NCBI GenBank assembly: GCA_026936335.1
Contig: JAPMXV010000076.1
Span: 109,531 to 173,530, forward strand
Source of the DNA: Mantamonas sphyraenae STR306
Lineage: Eukaryota; Protista; CRuMs
DNA length: 64,000 nt
Direction of reading: 5' to 3'
Part shown: positions 59,775-64,000 of the stretch, one piece after another
Position numbering within the stretch: position 1 is the first letter of the stretch
Layout of the letters: every line of letters begins with the position of its first letter
Program-made: the position numbers and the translations under genes
The notes under the pieces: model-generated
The model's database searches: none
What the model was told of the DNA's origin: nothing
Seen by the model: the letters and a program-made list of their open reading frames with translations, nothing else

Positions 59775-60014
59775 AGCAGTCGTGTTGACGAGTGACGTGA
59801 TGGCAATGGGTTCAAAGTGCTTGCTTTGCGACTTGCATGCCGACATGCTGCGGGCGCGGGTTTGTGGGGAGCGAATGCCGGGTCGGGTGTGTCGGGTTTT
59901 GGTTTGCAAGGGAGCGGGTGCGTGAGGAATGTGAATGGAAGGACCGTTTTGCCGACGAGGGGGATGGTTGTGTAGTGGGTGGGGAGGGGAGGAGTGTTTG
60001 AGTGGAGGGATGGT

Positions 60015-63000
60015 TCATTCGAGACGCTGGCGTTTGGAGGAGGAGGAGGAGGAGGAGGAGGAGGAGGAGGAGGAAGGGTCTTTGCGCTTGGGGAGGGTGA
60101 AGGAGGGGATGGGGTAGGCGTTGACGAGTGCGATGGTGGTGGGACGTGTGGTGATGTGGGGTGTGATGCGGTCGATGAGGGTGTGGAGGAGGGTGTGCAG
60201 TGTGGCGTCGCTGGGTTTGGGGTTGTCAAGCCAGGCGATCTGGAGGGAGAGGGAGGTGACGCCACGCGTGAGGGTTTTGCTGATGGCACTTTGCACCTGC
60301 AGGCTGGTGAGTCGTGGTCTGAGGAGGCGGACAAAGAAGGCCAGGTCGACAGGCGGCACGGCAACGTTGCCCAGCGCCAGGATGATGTGTCGCACAAGGG
60401 ACCGCAGGTCGCAGTTGTTGATCAGCTCACGCAGTGCCTGGTTCTCATTTGCGTGCTGATGGCGAGGGTGCTTGGCTGCGCGTGCCTTCATGTGTGCCAG
60501 CAGCGTCAGGAACTCCCGCGCCGTGCAGCTGCCACGCTCGTCGCTGGGAGTTCCCGTGCTCCAGCCACTGCGCACAGACTCAGGATGCCACTTTTCCACC
60601 TCGGCGGTAGCGAGGTGGTGGTCGTAGTCGCATTGAGTCCAGTGTGGGTCGCTGTCGTTGTCAGCAGGGCGTCGTGCTTCCTGCAGCCACAGCTGGGTCT
60701 GCTTGTGCTCCTTCCAGGTGGTGGGATGGGGCCTGTCGCCGAGGGTGTCCATCTCTGTCATGATGAGGTGGAGGAGGGCGTAGTTGGGGTCGCCGTGGTC
60801 GTGCGGCTCCTCCAGCCAGCACACCTTCAACCCAGCCTTTGTCACACCCCTGGCCAGACCAGCGTTGGGGATGGCACTGCCGCACGCCTGTTGATCCATT
60901 TCACGGCCGAGAAGGGTGAGGCAGAAGGCCATGTCGCCCTGGGAGAGGGGACTGTTCCCCAGAGCGAGCTGAATCTGTCGGACCAGCGTGTTCGTGGAGC
61001 CATGGCAGACCACAACACGCGCTTGCAGGGTCATGAGGTCTGGGATGTCGTCGATGGGATGCTCGTTGGCCAGGGTGTGCATGTGGTTCAGCAGTGCCGT
61101 GTGTTCCTTCTTGTTGCTGTGGCTGCGCTCGCTCTTGCGCCAATACGTCCAACCACTGCGCACAACGCCATCTGGCAATCCATCCTCCACGGCCATCTTC
61201 TCCTCCTTGGTGGGCTCGGGAAGAACAAGCTCGGGGATGTCAAGGGCGTTGACGAGAGCGGGAGTGGTGGGGCGAGTGGCGATGTGGGGTGTGATGCGGT
61301 CGATGAGGGTGTGGAGGAGGGTGTGCAGTGTGGCGTCGCTGGGTTGGGGGTTGTCGAGCCAGGCGATCTTGAGGGAGAGGGTGGTGACGCCACGCGTGAG
61401 GGTGGCGCTGATGGCACCTTGAACTTGGTTGTAGGTGAGTTGTGGCCTGAGGAGGCGGACAAAGAAGGCCAAGTCGACAGGCGGCACGCCAACGTTGCCC
61501 AGCGCCAGGATGATGTGTCGCACCAGGGACATCAGGCTGCCGTTGTCGATAAGCGCCCGCAGTGCCTGGTTCTCGTGTGCGTGCTGGTGGTGAGGGTACT
61601 TGGCTGCGAGTGCCTTCATGTGTGCCAGCAGCGTCTGGAACTCCCGCGCCGTGCAGCTCCCTCGCTCGTCGTTCGGACCAGTGCTCCAACCACTGCACAC
61701 AGACTCAGGATGCCACTTGTCCACCTTGGTGGTGGTGAAGTGGTGGTCGTAGTCGCATTGAGTCCAGTGTGGGTCGCTGTCGTTGTCAGCAGGGCGTCGT
61801 GCCTTCTGCAGCCACAGCCGGGTCTCCTCGTGCTCCTTCCAGGTGGTGGGATGGGCTCTGTCGCCGAGAGTGTCCATCTCTGTCATGAGCAGGTGGAGGA
61901 AGGTGTAGTTGGGGTCGCCGTGGTCGTGTGGCTCCTCCAGCCAGCACACCTTCAACCCAGCCTTTGTCACACCCATGGCCAGACCAGCGTCATGGATGGC
62001 ATTGCTGCATCCACTCTGATCCATGTTACCGACGAGAAGGGTGAGGCAGAGTGCCATGTCGCCCTGGGAGAGAGGAATGTTGCCCAGAGCGAGCTGAATC
62101 TGTCGGACCAGCGTGGTCGTGGTGCCATGGCAGACCACAACACGCGCCTGCAGGGTCATGAGGTCGGGCATGTCGTCGATGGGATGCTCGTTGGCCAGAG
62201 TGTGCATGTGGTTCAGCAGTGCCGTGTGCTCCTGTTTGTTGCTGTGGCTGCGCTCGTTCCTGCGCCAGTTATGCGACCACCCTTTGCGCACAACACCATC
62301 TGGCAACTTGTTCTTCTTGTCCACGCCTGCATTCTTCCGTGCGCCGTTGTCTCCGTTCTTGGATCTCCTTGCCCGTGTGCTCGACGTTCCTGTCTCTGTG
62401 CCACTGCCAGCCGTGACCCTGAGCCTGCGCTGTCCGCTGCCTTTCATCCTTTGTGGACCAGTACGACGGCTGTTGTGGCCTCTTCGTCGTTGTGAGTGGC
62501 CTCTACCTGTGCGTGTCGGCTGCCATTCGTCCGTGTCCTCCTGCTTCATATCGTCTGCGTCGTCGTCGCTGTCGTCTTGCGGCATGTACTCCTCATCCAT
62601 GAAATCATCAGTGTCTGCAAAGCTGAAGGTACCCTGTGTTTCCAACTCGTCGTCCACGTGCTGCTGGGTTGCGTCGTTTGCCTCGCCGACTTCGTCGTAC
62701 GCCTCCATCCATGAGCTGGCCATCCACTCTGAGTTGTTAGAGGTTGTCCGTGGTTCACGGTGGCCGAAGTTCAAGAACATCAGGTCTTCCACGTCGCCGG
62801 TGTCATGTGTTTGTGTGTCCTGGTCTGCGTCGTCGTCGTCGCTGTCTCCAGTCTGCCGTGTGGCCTGGTGGGAGGAGGACGACGATGTGGTGGTGGATGT
62901 GGTCCGTGTGATGCCCACAAAGGCAGGGCTGATGCGTTTGGGGACGCGGTTGTGGTTTCCGGTGGGTTCAGCAGGCGGAGGGTGCAACGGAGGCTGAGCG

Positions 63001-63212
63001 AAGTGCACCTGGGCGGTTTGTCGCGGCTGAGGAGGCGGCGGAGGAGGGTAGACGTAGTATGGGTGGCCCCGATGAGCATATGCGGGATGCGGCTGGGGGT
63101 GGGTGTTGACAGGGACCCAAATGATGGGTGGTTGTGGGTGCTGGTACGGGTTTTGCACGCCAGAGACGGGCAGCATGTTCGGAAACGGCTGGGCAGCCAT
63201 GGGAGGGACCAT
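60015..63212 (-). CDS. Telomere-adjacent orphan, 1065 aa: Pro/acidic N-terminus, 2 x 376-aa repeat (4 x ~150-aa domain), poly-Ser and KRQRLE end
   Basis: Uninterrupted ORF. DNA repeat period 1128 bp (60121/61249; 61161/62289). Confidence 0.85.
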   Translation of the reverse strand: MVPPMAAQPFPNMLPVSGVQNPYQHPQPPIIWVPVNTHPQPHPAYAHRGHPYYVYPPPPPPQPRQTAQVHFAQPPLHPPPAEPTGNHNRVPKRISPAFVGITRTTSTTTSSSSSHQATRQTGDSDDDDADQDTQTHDTGDVEDLMFLNFGHREPRTTSNNSEWMASSWMEAYDEVGEANDATQQHVDDELETQGTFSFADTDDFMDEEYMPQDDSDDDADDMKQEDTDEWQPTRTGRGHSQRRRGHNSRRTGPQRMKGSGQRRLRVTAGSGTETGTSSTRARRSKNGDNGARKNAGVDKKNKLPDGVVRKGWSHNWRRNERSHSNKQEHTALLNHMHTLANEHPIDDMPDLMTLQARVVVCHGTTTTLVRQIQLALGNIPLSQGDMALCLTLLVGNMDQSGCSNAIHDAGLAMGVTKAGLKVCWLEEPHDHGDPNYTFLHLLMTEMDTLGDRAHPTTWKEHEETRLWLQKARRPADNDSDPHWTQCDYDHHFTTTKVDKWHPESVCSGWSTGPNDERGSCTAREFQTLLAHMKALAAKYPHHQHAHENQALRALIDNGSLMSLVRHIILALGNVGVPPVDLAFFVRLLRPQLTYNQVQGAISATLTRGVTTLSLKIAWLDNPQPSDATLHTLLHTLIDRITPHIATRPTTPALVNALDIPELVLPEPTKEEKMAVEDGLPDGVVRSGWTYWRKSERSHSNKKEHTALLNHMHTLANEHPIDDIPDLMTLQARVVVCHGSTNTLVRQIQLALGNSPLSQGDMAFCLTLLGREMDQQACGSAIPNAGLARGVTKAGLKVCWLEEPHDHGDPNYALLHLIMTEMDTLGDRPHPTTWKEHKQTQLWLQEARRPADNDSDPHWTQCDYDHHLATAEVEKWHPESVRSGWSTGTPSDERGSCTAREFLTLLAHMKARAAKHPRHQHANENQALRELINNCDLRSLVRHIILALGNVAVPPVDLAFFVRLLRPRLTSLQVQSAISKTLTRGVTSLSLQIAWLDNPKPSDATLHTLLHTLIDRITPHITTRPTTIALVNAYPIPSFTLPKRKDPSSSSSSSSSSSSSKRQRLE

Positions 63213-63866
63213 GTACGCGTAGCTGCGGGGACAAGGGGAGGGGCAGGGTGGGGAGGGGCCGGTGAGCGGAAGGTGGAATGGATGCCGTCAGGGCAGAGAC
63301 GGGAGGCTGGAACGAGCAAAGAGGGGAAAACGAAGGAGATTGGCAGACGGGGAAACCGGCAACGGGGAGGGCAGTGACAGGGGACAGGGGATCGGAGAAG
63401 GGTGGAGGTGGCAGCAGCGGTGGGGATGGGGAACTGGAGATGCATGGGAGGAGTGCAGGGAAGCGACGGAGGCATGGAGGAGGCAAGGAAGCGGGAGGAG
63501 CGGGCAGTCAAAAAACGGAGTGGAAGGCAGAACGCACGCTGGGTAGGTGTTGGGTGTGTGTTGTTGCTTCGGAGTGCTTGAGTAGTCCTTGTCCATGGTG
63601 ATGGTGGTGATACTGGAGTGTATGTGGATTGTGTTGGACTGGTGGAGGAAGTTGTGGGTGTTGGTGATACTTTGGTTGAAGGCGGATGGGCAGTGCTGAC
63701 TGCGCGGCGTTGCAGGACGACGGCCTCTCACCAGCGACATTTCCACACCCACTCATTGCCCACTGCCCCATGTTACCACCCAACTCAGCCACCCCACCAG
63801 CAGACACAAGCACATCTCAACCTACTTAGACCAGACACTTACTATATCAAGGGGAGGAGGGTATTG

Positions 63867-64000
63867 TTAGGAATAGGACTAGGGTTAGGGTTAGGGTTAG
63901 GGTTAGGGTTAGGGTTAGGGTTAGGGTTAGGGTTAGGGTTAGGGTTAGGGTTAGGGTTAGGGTTAGGGTTAGGGTTAGGGTTAGGGTTAGGGTTAGGGTT
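63867..64000 (+). repeat. Telomere (TTAGGG)n with three in-register degenerate hexamers at the junction
   Basis: TTAGGA ATAGGA CTAGGG, then 19 perfect TTAGGG from 63885 to the window end. Confidence 0.99.

Noticed and set aside
59979-62495. 838-aa plus-strand ORF
   Set aside because: Antisense shadow of the 60015..63212 gene, with the V/G/L-rich composition typical of reverse-complemented coding sequence.
1-64000. Genome-wide UGA=Trp alternative genetic code
   Set aside because: The many Trp codons in the intact LRR and HECT ORFs are TGG, and TGA ends several genes at sensible positions.

Overview
Eukaryotic (protist-like; organism not identifiable from sequence alone) chromosome end. The window finishes in a (TTAGGG)n telomere, and genes have short GT-AG introns with CTRAC-type branch points. 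The dominant feature is a ~31 kb head-to-tail array (~22.0-52.9 kb) of nine paralogous spliced genes. Each encodes 7-17 ribonuclease-inhibitor-type 28-aa LRRs with hypervariable, shuffled beta-strand residues, fused to a nearly invariant C-terminal block: an ankyrin repeat, a terminal F-box/PRANC-like motif (WVTLPDEVMERVIGWV), and often an acidic tail with KRQRV. This resembles a diversifying repertoire of SCF-type substrate receptors. Other ubiquitin-system genes flank it: a BTB-BACK gene at the left edge and, at 53-59.8 kb, a decayed giant HECT E3 whose SPRY+HECT end is still intact. The left 21 kb also holds a phage/giant-virus-like pyrimidine-dimer DNA glycosylase gene, three large orphans sharing a Y[LV][KR]PR motif, a 28-bp palindromic minisatellite, and a pseudogenised copy of the 5' part of the telomere-adjacent gene. 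That telomere-adjacent gene is built from four copies of an unrecognised ~150-aa domain. No transposase, reverse transcriptase, rRNA, tRNA or CRISPR array was recognised.
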